Source of the DNA: a virus
DNA: 64,000 bases
Virus record (IMG/VR): IMGVR_UViG_3300009510_000002
Reading direction: 5' to 3' (one strand)
Position 1 is the first letter of the stretch. Each line of letters starts with the position of its first letter. Both the position numbers and the translations under genes were made by a program. The notes under the pieces were generated by a model. That model was given only the letters and a program-made list of their open reading frames with translations. It was not told the DNA's origin and did no database searches. Of the stretch, positions 27,146 to 36,385 are shown piece after piece.

Positions 27146-28018
27146 ATGCCCCACACACAAACCCAATCCCCCACCCCAGTAAAAGAAACCCCTTCACAGA
27201 TGGATGTGAATACAGAGGAAAAAGAGGAAGGTATCTTCCAAGCAATTGGGATAATTACGGGGGAGGTCACAATTGACCCAGATGGGAAAGAAAACACCAT
27301 TAAGATAGGCAATAAGATTTACCCACTGCTCTATATCCCCCAGAAGATTAGAGCGTTTGAGGGGTTAAAAAAAGAAATCCAGAATACTGGTAAGAAGATT
27401 CAGCGATTGGTCGTCTACCCCAAGGTGATTCACTTCCCTGGTAGAGACAATCCACATAAGATTAGCTTTCAAGTCGTAGGATTCGATACGGGGAAAGTTG
27501 GGAACTCTGTTTCCGAAGAATTGCAAGATATGGAATTTAAGTTTGCTGGGTTTTGGCAATTTATACCTGTATGCCAAACACCTTGTGTATCAATTTTCCG
27601 TAATTTTTCCACATCTCGGATAAATTACATCAAGAAAATTGAGCCATTTAAAAAAGTTAAGTTTATGAAGGCTAGCCATCTGCCTTTGCTGTGGAGGGAT
27701 TCAGTAGTCAGACCTTTTAGGTTTGATCCCAAGGCAGGGAAAGAACAGCAGGGACACCCAACATTCGTGACAGTAAAGGCTAAATTTTTGCCAGACCGCG
27801 ATTTGTTTGGGTTTCTGTCATTGCTATCACCTCCCCAAGATACACCACCTCGCTTTTTAAAAGCCTCCAAGAAGGATAAAGCGACGGTTCTGCATCAATC
27901 GAATAAAAATAAACCACCAACTGCAACAGCGAAGAAGTCAAAGCCAGTGGCACCAGTGGTGGTAAAATCAAACTCATCTACTACACCAATACCTAAACCA
28001 GTTAAGAAGGTCAAATAA
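27146..28018 (+). CDS. hypothetical protein with Lys/Pro-rich basic tail
   Basis: 290-aa ORF with C-terminus KKSKPVAPVVVKSNSSTTPIPKPVKKVK. Confidence 0.55.
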   Translation: MPHTQTQSPTPVKETPSQMDVNTEEKEEGIFQAIGIITGEVTIDPDGKENTIKIGNKIYPLLYIPQKIRAFEGLKKEIQNTGKKIQRLVVYPKVIHFPGRDNPHKISFQVVGFDTGKVGNSVSEELQDMEFKFAGFWQFIPVCQTPCVSIFRNFSTSRINYIKKIEPFKKVKFMKASHLPLLWRDSVVRPFRFDPKAGKEQQGHPTFVTVKAKFLPDRDLFGFLSLLSPPQDTPPRFLKASKKDKATVLHQSNKNKPPTATAKKSKPVAPVVVKSNSSTTPIPKPVKKVK

Positions 28019-28074
28019 GAAATAAAAAAGTATTGAGTTAGATTAGTATCGTCCATTTATTTGTGGTTTTTACA

Positions 28075-28105
28075 GTGCCTACCCATCGAGTTAGGCACTT
28101 TTTTA
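28075..28105 (+). terminator. intrinsic terminator GTGCCTA/TAGGCAC plus TTTTTTA
   Basis: Read directly, downstream of 27146..28018. Confidence 0.6.
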
Positions 28106-28143
28106 TTAGCTATAGGCTAAGATGGACTTGAATAGTTTTTGAA

Positions 28144-29691
28144 ATGTTGTGTCATTTTCCTTACTTCCTGATCAGTAAGGATTTTTTTGAAGAGTGTTTA
28201 AACGCAAACCTAAATCTCCCACGCCCGATCGCTATAACCCTTAAAGAATCAGAGAAAAAGTGTTTAATTGCAAATCTAGCTAAATATAAAAATATGTTAG
28301 TCAGAGATATCAAGTCTGGAAGTACCGCTCAAGTTATGGGGTTAAGTCTCCAGTTATTTGATGCTTTAAATGAAATTGCGCCCAATACTTTAGTCAGTTT
28401 TGAAGACTTAATCGAACAAGGTCTGGTTATCAAGGGTGATGAGGGTCTGGTTCCTTTCTGCCAACCACCAGCTAAAGAAGCATTGGTTAAATTCCTCAAG
28501 GTTCATGGGAAACCAATCACTATCAACAACTGCTGGCGATCGCTATTCGCTCAATATCTCTTGAAGCAGCAGCAGAAAGAGGGGATTATCAAGAATTTTG
28601 TAGCTGAAGTAGGTCACTCCAATCATGGTAGTGGTACAGCGTTAGATGTTAACGAAGCCAAAGAAATAGTGACATTAATGCAATTACATGGGTGGACTTA
28701 CCCATTTCCCGACGGTGATGGGATGCATTTTGAATTTAGACAAGCGGTGAAAGATTTACGAGAGCCAATGATTAAGGCGTTTCAGACACTCTGGAATATG
28801 GCTAACCCAGACAGGGTGATTGAAATTGATGGGTTGATGGGCGATCGTACCTTGGCTAGTATTGGTGATTCACCCGCTGCCGGGTTTTACAACATCAAAT
28901 ATCCCCGAATTCTTAGATATACTTATCCTCAACTAGAAGGCAAAGATGTGGGGGAGCTACAGTTAGCACTTAGAAAACTTGGTATCACTGTAAGGGCTAA
29001 CTGTGTTTTTGACATAACTACTTACTCAGGTGTAAGAACTTTTCAATTAAGTCGCAAATTACCACCAACTGGGGTAGTGGACAGAAAACTACGAGAACTA
29101 CTGGAACTGAAATGGGTAGGAACTGGTGAGAAAATAATTACACCACACCTGCCACCACTACCACCACCTGGCAGCTTTACTCCTACTCACATGCTCACAA
29201 GTTCATTGGTTTCAGAAAATCTAATACCACCTTGTGCGATCGCTCTAATCAAAAAATTCGAGGGATTATCCCTTAATGCGTATACAGACCCCAGGACAGG
29301 TGGAGAGCCAATTACCATCGGTTATGGATGCACTGTTAAACCAGACGGGAGTAAGTGGAAGCTAGGGGACAAGATCAATTTAGAGGAAGCAGAGCAATTA
29401 TTATTAGTGCAATTGCAAACTGAGTACTTGCCATTCCTACAAAAAATTCCCGTGTGGGCAGAGTTAAACCTTAACCAACGGGGTGCGTTACTATCTTTTG
29501 CTTATAATTTAGGTGCTAACTTCTATGGGAAGATCCCAGATTTTGCAAGTATTACCGAGGTTCTGGAAAACAAAGAATGGGACAAAATCCCATCTACTTT
29601 TGCTAAATACTGTAACCCTGGAAGTAACGTAGAAGAAGGATTGAAGACAAGGCGATTAGCTGAAGCCCAATTGTTCTTAAGCCCGTGCTAG
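28144..29691 (+). CDS. multidomain endolysin: M15 (VanY/LAS-type) peptidase + PG-binding repeats + GH24 lysozyme
   Basis: GHSNHGSGTALDV (LAS zinc motif). PG_binding_1-like GKDVGELQLALRKLG...LPPTGVVDRKLRELL. GH24 signature IKKFEGLSLNAYTDPRTGGEPITIGYG. Confidence 0.85.
   Translation: MLCHFPYFLISKDFFEECLNANLNLPRPIAITLKESEKKCLIANLAKYKNMLVRDIKSGSTAQVMGLSLQLFDALNEIAPNTLVSFEDLIEQGLVIKGDEGLVPFCQPPAKEALVKFLKVHGKPITINNCWRSLFAQYLLKQQQKEGIIKNFVAEVGHSNHGSGTALDVNEAKEIVTLMQLHGWTYPFPDGDGMHFEFRQAVKDLREPMIKAFQTLWNMANPDRVIEIDGLMGDRTLASIGDSPAAGFYNIKYPRILRYTYPQLEGKDVGELQLALRKLGITVRANCVFDITTYSGVRTFQLSRKLPPTGVVDRKLRELLELKWVGTGEKIITPHLPPLPPPGSFTPTHMLTSSLVSENLIPPCAIALIKKFEGLSLNAYTDPRTGGEPITIGYGCTVKPDGSKWKLGDKINLEEAEQLLLVQLQTEYLPFLQKIPVWAELNLNQRGALLSFAYNLGANFYGKIPDFASITEVLENKEWDKIPSTFAKYCNPGSNVEEGLKTRRLAEAQLFLSPC
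29051..29106 (+). repeat. left arm of a 56-nt inverted repeat, inside the endolysin gene
   Basis: GTCGCAAATTACCACCAACTGGGGTAGTGGACAGAAAACTACGAGAACTACTGGAA. 54/56 match to the reverse complement of 29945-30000. Confidence 0.9.
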
Positions 29692-29730
29692 GATATGTTG
29701 TATAGCACTTTAAGTCGAGTTGATGAAATA

Positions 29731-29773
29731 TCTCAGTCTTGTCCAACTCTGATACAAGACTGAGACTTTTTTG
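29731..29773 (+). terminator. intrinsic terminator after the endolysin gene (TCTCAGTCTTGT/ACAAGACTGAGA plus CTTTTTTG)
   Basis: 12-bp stem followed by a T-run. Confidence 0.7.
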
Positions 29774-29799
29774 TATTTAAATGAGGAGTAATTGCGCAA

Positions 29800-29931
29800 A
29801 TGGTAAAACTAACAAAATCTGAATCGGCTAGATACCAATTGATTGGGGAAATAATTGGAGCGATCGCTAGATATGTAGTTTTTGTGATTATTTGCCTATT
29901 GGCTTATCAGGTATACGTTAGCCATTTATGA
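29800..29931 (+). CDS. 43-aa single-pass membrane protein, below the ORF-track size cut-off (holin-like or other lysis accessory candidate)
   Basis: My translation is MVKLTKSESARYQLIGEIIGAIARYVVFVIICLLAYQVYVSHL. GAGGAG lies 9 nt upstream of the ATG. Located just after the endolysin gene. Confidence 0.4.
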   Translation: MVKLTKSESARYQLIGEIIGAIARYVVFVIICLLAYQVYVSHL

Positions 29932-29938
29932 TGATTAT

Positions 29939-30340
29939 TCACCATTCCAGTAGTTCTCGTAGTTTTCTGTCCACTACCCCAGTTGGTAGTAATTTGTGAC
30001 ATTCTTCTTCCTGTTCTTCCTCTTCTTCTTCATCAAATGACTCTAACTTCACCTTAAAATTTTCCTTTATTTGAACAACACAATAATCAAAAAAGCACTT
30101 GTCAGGGTCTTCGTTGTAGTGCTGTTCTTCGAGTACTGGTAGTTCAATAACGATACCTTTTGCTGGATTAGGCGTTTCTTCGGGTTGGTATGCTACGTGG
30201 GTATCTTTAAAGAATTTAACATACATCCCTCCACCAATTTCAGTGTTCTCTTTAATGTCTGAGTAGATATCCATCCAAACTCCAGATACATAAAGATCAA
30301 ATTGTTTTTGGATTAATTCTTCTAATGTAGACATGATCAT
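29939..30340 (-). CDS. hypothetical acidic protein whose last 19 aa duplicate an endolysin PG-binding segment
   Basis: 133-aa ORF. The C-terminus KLLPTGVVDRKLRELLEW comes from the inverted repeat. Confidence 0.55.
   Translation of the reverse strand: MIMSTLEELIQKQFDLYVSGVWMDIYSDIKENTEIGGGMYVKFFKDTHVAYQPEETPNPAKGIVIELPVLEEQHYNEDPDKCFFDYCVVQIKENFKVKLESFDEEEEEEQEEECHKLLPTGVVDRKLRELLEW
29945..30000 (-). repeat. right arm of the 56-nt inverted repeat, at the 3' end of gene 29939..30340
   Basis: Encodes HKLLPTGVVDRKLRELLE on the minus strand, the same peptide as in the endolysin PG-binding domain. Confidence 0.9.
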
Positions 30341-30415
30341 ATTCTCCTAGTTTTTAAACTGTTTACGATGTGGTGCGATCGCCCTAACTCAACCTAACTC
30401 AAATTGTTACACGTT

Positions 30416-30724
30416 CTATTCCCCCTCAATTGGAGTCTGAGTTACTTTATCCAACCATTCTTGATAGATTTTTGTTGCTGTTATAAAAGCCAAATTTAAC
30501 CCACCTTGAATAGCGATCGCTTCTCTTCTAGTGGAATAAAGTTTTTTGCCGGTATTGAATTCTTCAACCAATAAAACTCTCTCTTCTCGATTAATCCGAA
30601 TTAAAATTCGTTGATGTGATTTACAATCGTCAAATATATCTTCCCACGCTGTTTTATCAAGAACGTTCTCGAATATTCTGCGGATCTGGGCTAATTCGTC
30701 GATTATTTCTATTTCTTCTGACAT
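30416..30724 (-). CDS. hypothetical protein
   Basis: 102-aa ORF in a minus-strand gene string. Confidence 0.5.
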   Translation of the reverse strand: MSEEIEIIDELAQIRRIFENVLDKTAWEDIFDDCKSHQRILIRINREERVLLVEEFNTGKKLYSTRREAIAIQGGLNLAFITATKIYQEWLDKVTQTPIEGE

Positions 30725-30806
30725 GGTTTTATTCTCCTCGTTTGCAAATTATTTGTGGTTTGTGCGATCGCTATTTCTAAATTTGGGGAATAGCGATCGC
30801 GTTAGA

Positions 30807-31220
30807 TCATGGCTCGAAATATAATCCGCCATCAGATACTAAGTTAGACCAATACTTAGAAAACCTTGCCCCTTCAATTAAGGGATAAGCAGCACTTGAA
30901 CTGGTCCATTTTAATTTTTCCGGGTCCACAGGGGCATTTGGGCGAAACCGTAAAGGAATTGCGGGGCTGAAACCCTCTTCCAAATTTAATGCATCGACTT
31001 CTAGCTGATTGGGTCCCCATCCGCCTTCCACACCGAGCCACATAAACCACTCGCGAGGGAAATACCCGTTTTGGTGCACCACAATGTCATAATAGTCACG
31101 CTGCGGGAGTGTGACTTCGTTCCGCTTTATTGTCCAATTACTAGGTAGGTTAGATGCTACCTGCTCTACAAAGTCTTTTTTGATAGTTAATTTCAAGGGT
31201 TTACGTTGGTTGCTTTGCAT
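30807..31220 (-). CDS. hypothetical protein
   Basis: 137-aa ORF. Confidence 0.5.
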   Translation of the reverse strand: MQSNQRKPLKLTIKKDFVEQVASNLPSNWTIKRNEVTLPQRDYYDIVVHQNGYFPREWFMWLGVEGGWGPNQLEVDALNLEEGFSPAIPLRFRPNAPVDPEKLKWTSSSAAYPLIEGARFSKYWSNLVSDGGLYFEP

Positions 31221-31277
31221 ATTTCTGTCCTCTCGTTCGTTGGTTATTGTGGTGGCTGGCGATCTATTTAATTACCT

Positions 31278-31580
31278 TTACTCCAAAACTTTCAACCTTC
31301 GAGCTTTTTTGTTGAGCTTTCCGTTCCCGTCATCGCCGTTAGATTCACAGACTACGTGGGCATAACGGCAGTCTTGTCGAGGGCACCTAAAACCCCAATG
31401 GTTATACTGGCGTCTTTCTCTATGCTCAACAAGAACTATTTCATCTTTATATACTGGATTTTTACCGCTAATTAGATAGGCATCGCCTAGCATAAAAAAT
31501 CCCAGTCTTGTGTAGTATCGGTTAGTCCCGCTCAAAAGAGTATTCCAGATTGTGTCAAGGTCGATTGTGGCAACGTCCAT
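31278..31580 (-). CDS. hypothetical protein
   Basis: 100-aa ORF. Confidence 0.5.
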   Translation of the reverse strand: MDVATIDLDTIWNTLLSGTNRYYTRLGFFMLGDAYLISGKNPVYKDEIVLVEHRERRQYNHWGFRCPRQDCRYAHVVCESNGDDGNGKLNKKARRLKVLE

Positions 31581-31594
31581 TTTATTCTCCTAAT

Positions 31595-32206
31595 TTAATT
31601 ACTACTAGGCAATAAACCCGCGATCGCCCCTTTCAGTTGCTTTCTTTGCTCAGTAAAGCGAATATCGCAAACTTGAGATTTGCCTCGCCCTATTCTGGCT
31701 AACTTTTTCATGAAGGCGATCGCATCACTATTATCTTCAGGTCCAATATACAGGGTATTGATAATACCCGGATAGTTAGCAGCCACAGACAAAGCTGCTG
31801 TTTCATCATCTGGGATGCCATCAGAGACAACCAAGGTGTGTGAAGGTGTATGAGTTTTGCCAACTATTAACCCTGCCTCTAAATCGGTTGAGCCACTTGG
31901 GTTAGGAATAGATTGGAAGTTGGGGATTCTAAGACAATTACTGGAAAAAGTTAGAATCACCTCATTTGGCATCACATCTCGGTCAACCGCTTTGCGAAGG
32001 ACATCAATTTTTATTTCTCTCTGTGTACCTTTGATTGTCCTAGACGTGTACTCGTTCATCGACTCCGACACATCCAGTAAAATCACACTTTTACCCAATG
32101 GGCGGGGATTAATCCTTTCAGCGTAAAGTGTGATGTCTGCATCAGAAACAGGACTTTTAGCAGCTTTATTGATAAAAGCCTGTAGTGGGTCAATGATATT
32201 ACTCAC
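31595..32206 (-). CDS. von Willebrand factor type A (vWA) domain protein
   Basis: MIDAS motif VILLDVSESM (DxSxS) and downstream LVVSDGIPDD. Confidence 0.7.
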   Translation of the reverse strand: MSNIIDPLQAFINKAAKSPVSDADITLYAERINPRPLGKSVILLDVSESMNEYTSRTIKGTQREIKIDVLRKAVDRDVMPNEVILTFSSNCLRIPNFQSIPNPSGSTDLEAGLIVGKTHTPSHTLVVSDGIPDDETAALSVAANYPGIINTLYIGPEDNSDAIAFMKKLARIGRGKSQVCDIRFTEQRKQLKGAIAGLLPSSN

Positions 32207-32870
32207 GGGTAGTTACCTCCCTGATAATTTCCATGTACTCTTCTAAGTGCTTTTGGGAAGGTTCCATGTCAGGTTTTATATCACCAGACTTGATTCTAAT
32301 ATCACTTTTCCAGTGAGTTGAGACAAGGACCAGCAATTTATGGAGTTTACTCCAAGTCTTATCGTCGTTCTCGTCAAACCAACAAGCCTTACCCTCACCT
32401 TCGATACCCTTGGGGTGACGCCTGTTCCCGACTAAGTACACCGTATAGCACCAGAGGGGTTTCATGCTGTCACTTTTTTTGAAATAGACACGGCGATCGC
32501 TCTGATCGCTGCCCCAGATATTCAGACAAAATTCCCCGTCATAGCCCCATGCACGAATAGCGGCAGCAAAAGCAGCTTTAATTGACCACTGGCGGGTAAT
32601 AGTTTCAGCTTCTCTTTGGATTTTTTCTTGTTTTAGTTGGCGTTCGGTTTCTCTCCGAATCCTTTCCCGTTCTTCAGCTTCTTGTTCAGCTTGGAACTTT
32701 TGAGCCGCCTCCATCCGGATTTGAGCTTTCTCTTCAGCGGAAAGTAGCTCTTGGCTCATGGCGATGGCTATGTCACCACCACGCTTGAAACATTCAGCGA
32801 TCGCACCTTGAGCTAGTGCAAACAACTGCTGATCTGATAAACTTGAAAAATCAAGCATGATACTATACAT
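32199..32870 (-). CDS. hypothetical protein with E/R/Q-rich coiled-coil segment
   Basis: 223-aa ORF overlapping the vWA gene start. Confidence 0.55.
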   Translation of the reverse strand: MYSIMLDFSSLSDQQLFALAQGAIAECFKRGGDIAIAMSQELLSAEEKAQIRMEAAQKFQAEQEAEERERIRRETERQLKQEKIQREAETITRQWSIKAAFAAAIRAWGYDGEFCLNIWGSDQSDRRVYFKKSDSMKPLWCYTVYLVGNRRHPKGIEGEGKACWFDENDDKTWSKLHKLLVLVSTHWKSDIRIKSGDIKPDMEPSQKHLEEYMEIIREVTTRE

Positions 32871-32918
32871 CCCTTGAACTTAACTTGGTTTTTACGCACG
32901 AGTTCCCTCTACGTGCGT

Positions 32919-33191
32919 TTATTTTTGGGGTTTTTGAGGGAGACGAAACCCTCTACCCGGTACGGACTCTAGTCCCCATCCGTGTTTACAGGCTTGGCAA
33001 ATTGTTAAGACGTACTTAGGAGAAAGGTTTAACTCTTTACCAATTTTGGTAGAACTCCACCACCTCCCATCCTTTAAAAGGGAGAGAACATCGATCGCCC
33101 TCTGCTCCATAATTGAGCATGGACTAGAGTAAATACCTTTCAGCATTTGATTTGCAGCATTTCCTAATTTAGCCCGATACTTTTTGTCCAT
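32919..33191 (-). CDS. hypothetical small protein, possible winged-helix DNA binding
   Basis: 90-aa ORF. WSSTKIGKELNLSPKYVLTICQA resembles an HTH. Confidence 0.45.
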   Translation of the reverse strand: MDKKYRAKLGNAANQMLKGIYSSPCSIMEQRAIDVLSLLKDGRWWSSTKIGKELNLSPKYVLTICQACKHGWGLESVPGRGFRLPQKPQK

Positions 33192-33232
33192 AAACCCTCA
33201 AGAACTAATTTTATATTAGATCAAAATTTGAT

Positions 33233-33889
33233 CTAAATCAAGCTAGATTTCTCTAATTTCCTAAGAATTTCTTGGATTTCTGAAAACCTACAAGATAAGG
33301 ACTGTTTGATTTTCTTGTGAACTATTCCTATCGACAATTCTCCATCAAAATGGCCGTAGTTATCCTCCGCTAATCGCATATGACGTTGATAGCCTATCAT
33401 TACTTTCTCATAGAAAGTATAATTTTCTTGCTCAATACGATCCAACTTCTTACCTTTGCGAGAAAATGCAGTTTCATAGCTTACTTCTAGCCACACAACA
33501 TAATCGCATTTAACACCACCAGTAGCTAAATCATTGATTTCCCTGATGGATTTTTGGCTAATTCCTCGTCCATATCCTTGATAGGCAATTGTGGACTGGG
33601 TAAAGCGATCGCACAACACCCATTCATCTTTTGCCAGTGCTGGTTTGATTACTTCAGTAACATGGTGATAGCGATCGGCTGAGTACATTAGTAATTCAGC
33701 CACGGGGGAAATAGAGTATTTTTCGTCTAGAATTAAACTGCGAATTTCTCTTCCCAACAGGGTAGCTCCGGGTTGTTGTGTGGTGAGAACTGGGAGTCCT
33801 AAACTTCTCAACCATTTAGCGCATAAATTAAGTTGAGTCGTTTTACCACAGCCGTCAATACCTTCAAAGACAATTAGCTTTCCTGACAT
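33233..33889 (-). CDS. tmk: thymidylate (dTMP) kinase
   Basis: LIVFEGIDGCGKTTQ P-loop and overall Tmk pattern (DRF..S..AYQG). Confidence 0.9.
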   Translation of the reverse strand: MSGKLIVFEGIDGCGKTTQLNLCAKWLRSLGLPVLTTQQPGATLLGREIRSLILDEKYSISPVAELLMYSADRYHHVTEVIKPALAKDEWVLCDRFTQSTIAYQGYGRGISQKSIREINDLATGGVKCDYVVWLEVSYETAFSRKGKKLDRIEQENYTFYEKVMIGYQRHMRLAEDNYGHFDGELSIGIVHKKIKQSLSCRFSEIQEILRKLEKSSLI

Positions 33890-34371
33890 TATTCTGGTGT
33901 GTTTGGTTTTTCTCTCAAATGTTGCATAAGTTTTTCAAGGGGTATTTCAAAGTGCTTGATTCCCCCAGAGAAACCATGATCAACTTTTTCGGGTTCAGGG
34001 AAGAATTTGATAGTAAACTTACATCCTAGCGATCCAAAACTCAAGAATGTTTCCACCAGTTCTTTGCCCAGAGCATTTAAATGTTCTGTTTCGCAAATAC
34101 CCCATTCATAAGCAGGGATAAGAAACTTATTGCAGTTAGAATTAGTCTCTGGTTCTTTTTCGGCTACAGCTACCCTTCCACTACCAAAGAAATATTCAGG
34201 GTTGGTTGGCAGTTCGGTACAGAAGATAATCGGCAAACAAGCGTATTCTTGTAAGCCTCGTAAAATCACCTTGACTTGTTCATAACAATCTGAATTAGTC
34301 CGAATCAAAATATACGCCCTCGACGAAATTACAGCAATGGAAATGTCGGCAGGCTCTAGAAATCGTGGCAT
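33889..34371 (-). CDS. hypothetical protein
   Basis: 160-aa ORF, translationally coupled to tmk. Confidence 0.55.
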   Translation of the reverse strand: MPRFLEPADISIAVISSRAYILIRTNSDCYEQVKVILRGLQEYACLPIIFCTELPTNPEYFFGSGRVAVAEKEPETNSNCNKFLIPAYEWGICETEHLNALGKELVETFLSFGSLGCKFTIKFFPEPEKVDHGFSGGIKHFEIPLEKLMQHLREKPNTPE

Positions 34372-34515
34372 ATTTTTACTCCCCGACGAACAGAAATTAG
34401 CATTTGTCTAGTCTTATTGAATACCACGGATTGATATACCGTGTCTAGCCAAAAACAGAAAATGTGTTATTTTTTGACTTACTTTCAAAAATGGTAGTTT
34501 TAACGCTACAATACC

Positions 34516-35154
34516 TTGATTAAGGGCATAAAGCAATACCAGATGGGGGGAGATGTGTCGTTAGAATCGAAAATACACGAGGTCTGTTATCTACTGAAAA
34601 TTCGGTTTTTTGGTCGTTTTGACCAGATAAACCCTGCTGATATGGTTTACCTAGTCACTTATATTTTTGACAAACTTGGGTATCCAGCGATGGTGGTATT
34701 GGGAGAACTCCACGGGAAACCACATGCATGGAACCGGATTAATGGCCTTTTTGTAGATGCAATTTACCCAGAGGGGGAATACTCACAAATCTTTACAGGG
34801 AGGGAAGACCCAAGTGGCTACCAGTGGAAGGAATGCTTGGTGATGCGATCGCCCTTCATCGACACAGAAGAAATGAAGATCGCCATTGAGTGGGCAGATA
34901 GCTTAGTAGACTGGCTACCAATTGCATGGACAGAATATGCGCCTATGGACCCAAAAATACTAAGGGCATTTAAAAAATATCAAGACGTATCAGCCAAAGT
35001 CAATGAGTTTCGTGCAAAAGGGGTGAGTTTCTTTATTGATCACCCACCAGATAGAGCGATCGCCCTTGAATACTGGTGGAACATTAACTTTCCTAGTTTT
35101 CCGCTAGACACACAAATAACTACACCTAAAATTACAGCAGGAGCAACAGCATGA
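34516..35154 (+). CDS. hypothetical protein
   Basis: 212-aa ORF. LGYPAMVVLGELHGKPHAWNRINGLFVDA faintly resembles a transglutaminase-like core, but no catalytic Cys is evident. Confidence 0.5.
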   Translation: MIKGIKQYQMGGDVSLESKIHEVCYLLKIRFFGRFDQINPADMVYLVTYIFDKLGYPAMVVLGELHGKPHAWNRINGLFVDAIYPEGEYSQIFTGREDPSGYQWKECLVMRSPFIDTEEMKIAIEWADSLVDWLPIAWTEYAPMDPKILRAFKKYQDVSAKVNEFRAKGVSFFIDHPPDRAIALEYWWNINFPSFPLDTQITTPKITAGATA

Positions 35155-35906
35155 AAGTATCAGAAATTCTTGATTCTATATTTGCCCAGTATCCTTGGTA
35201 TCGCCGCTTGACAGGTGGTAGATGGATTTTAGTGGACAGTGATTTTAAGGACATTAAAGCCCCACAAACTATCTACCCTAAATGGGCCCGATATATTGAT
35301 ATCCTCAAAAGAGAAAAATCCATTGGGTATGAAGAGTATAGGCAAGAACAATGGAGTAAGAGTTTGCAACAACTCGAAAAGTACCAAGGCGAGGTAAATC
35401 AACTTAGGCAGGAACTAAGGGAATCCAATGAGAGGGCTAATAATTTAGCCGAAGAGTGCGATCGCCAAATTGCTACCTATCGACAACCTTACATAGATTT
35501 ACTTCGGGAGAAAGAGGAGATAAAAAATAAAGCTCTTTTGCTGGAGTGTAGGGCGATCGAGGCAGAGAGAAAAGTAGGTATTTCCGAAAATACCATTGCT
35601 GATCTTAGATCAGAAATCGCAAGACTTGAGGATGAGCAGGCTGTTTACAAAACTGCTTTTGAGCAAGAAAAAAATGAGGTAAGCAGACTAAGTTTTATTG
35701 CCGAACACAAAACCGCCCAGTTAGAAAGTGAACTTAGAAAAGCTCAAGATGAGCTTAATAAACAAAGTAGGATAGGAGTGGAGCTACAAAATGCTATTGA
35801 ATATTTAGTAGAAACTGGAGAGAAGAGAATTAATCAACTGGAAAATGATTTAAAAAATGCTCAAGATGAACTTAAAAAGGCAAAACAATATAGTGCATTA
35901 ATTTAA
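35151..35906 (+). CDS. coiled-coil protein
   Basis: 251-aa ORF. The C-terminal ~170 aa is heptad-like and E/K/Q/L rich. Confidence 0.6.
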   Translation: MKVSEILDSIFAQYPWYRRLTGGRWILVDSDFKDIKAPQTIYPKWARYIDILKREKSIGYEEYRQEQWSKSLQQLEKYQGEVNQLRQELRESNERANNLAEECDRQIATYRQPYIDLLREKEEIKNKALLLECRAIEAERKVGISENTIADLRSEIARLEDEQAVYKTAFEQEKNEVSRLSFIAEHKTAQLESELRKAQDELNKQSRIGVELQNAIEYLVETGEKRINQLENDLKNAQDELKKAKQYSALI

Positions 35907-35912
35907 AATCAA

Positions 35913-36356
35913 TTAAGCAAATTGTTTAATATCTATCTCCAATTCTTGCACAGTTGCAGCGGAAACCTTGACCAATATTCCTACACACTTTGGTTGGTTC
36001 CGCTGCTTTCTTATCTTATAAAATCTTCCACTACACCCTACCACATAGCCGGAAGAATCATTACTTAATATCTCTGCTTCTACCATCGCATCTAAAACAC
36101 TGCCGATTAAATTATCAGAATCGGAAGATAGGAAATTAATAAAGTGACACTCCACAAAACAGGGATATGTAATCTTAGGAACCTTAGATGCAATTAAATG
36201 AATGACTGCTGCACTTTTCCATCTTGAATATCTTGGGTCTGTATAAGTGCGTCCGTTGGAGAATCTTGGTCGTCCTTTGCCAACACCTTTATCGGGAATC
36301 CAGATTGAAATCATAGAATTAATTAAAAAAACTTGCCTGAATACCACATCAGACAA
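35913..36356 (-). CDS. rusA: RusA-family Holliday junction resolvase
   Basis: GKGRPRFSNGRTYTDPRY and DSDNLIGSVLDAMVEAEILSNDS match the RusA motifs (RPR..., DxDNxxKxxxDAL...DD). Confidence 0.75.
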   Translation of the reverse strand: MSDVVFRQVFLINSMISIWIPDKGVGKGRPRFSNGRTYTDPRYSRWKSAAVIHLIASKVPKITYPCFVECHFINFLSSDSDNLIGSVLDAMVEAEILSNDSSGYVVGCSGRFYKIRKQRNQPKCVGILVKVSAATVQELEIDIKQFA

Positions 36357-36385
36357 GAATAAGATACCAGATATTTAGAATTATT

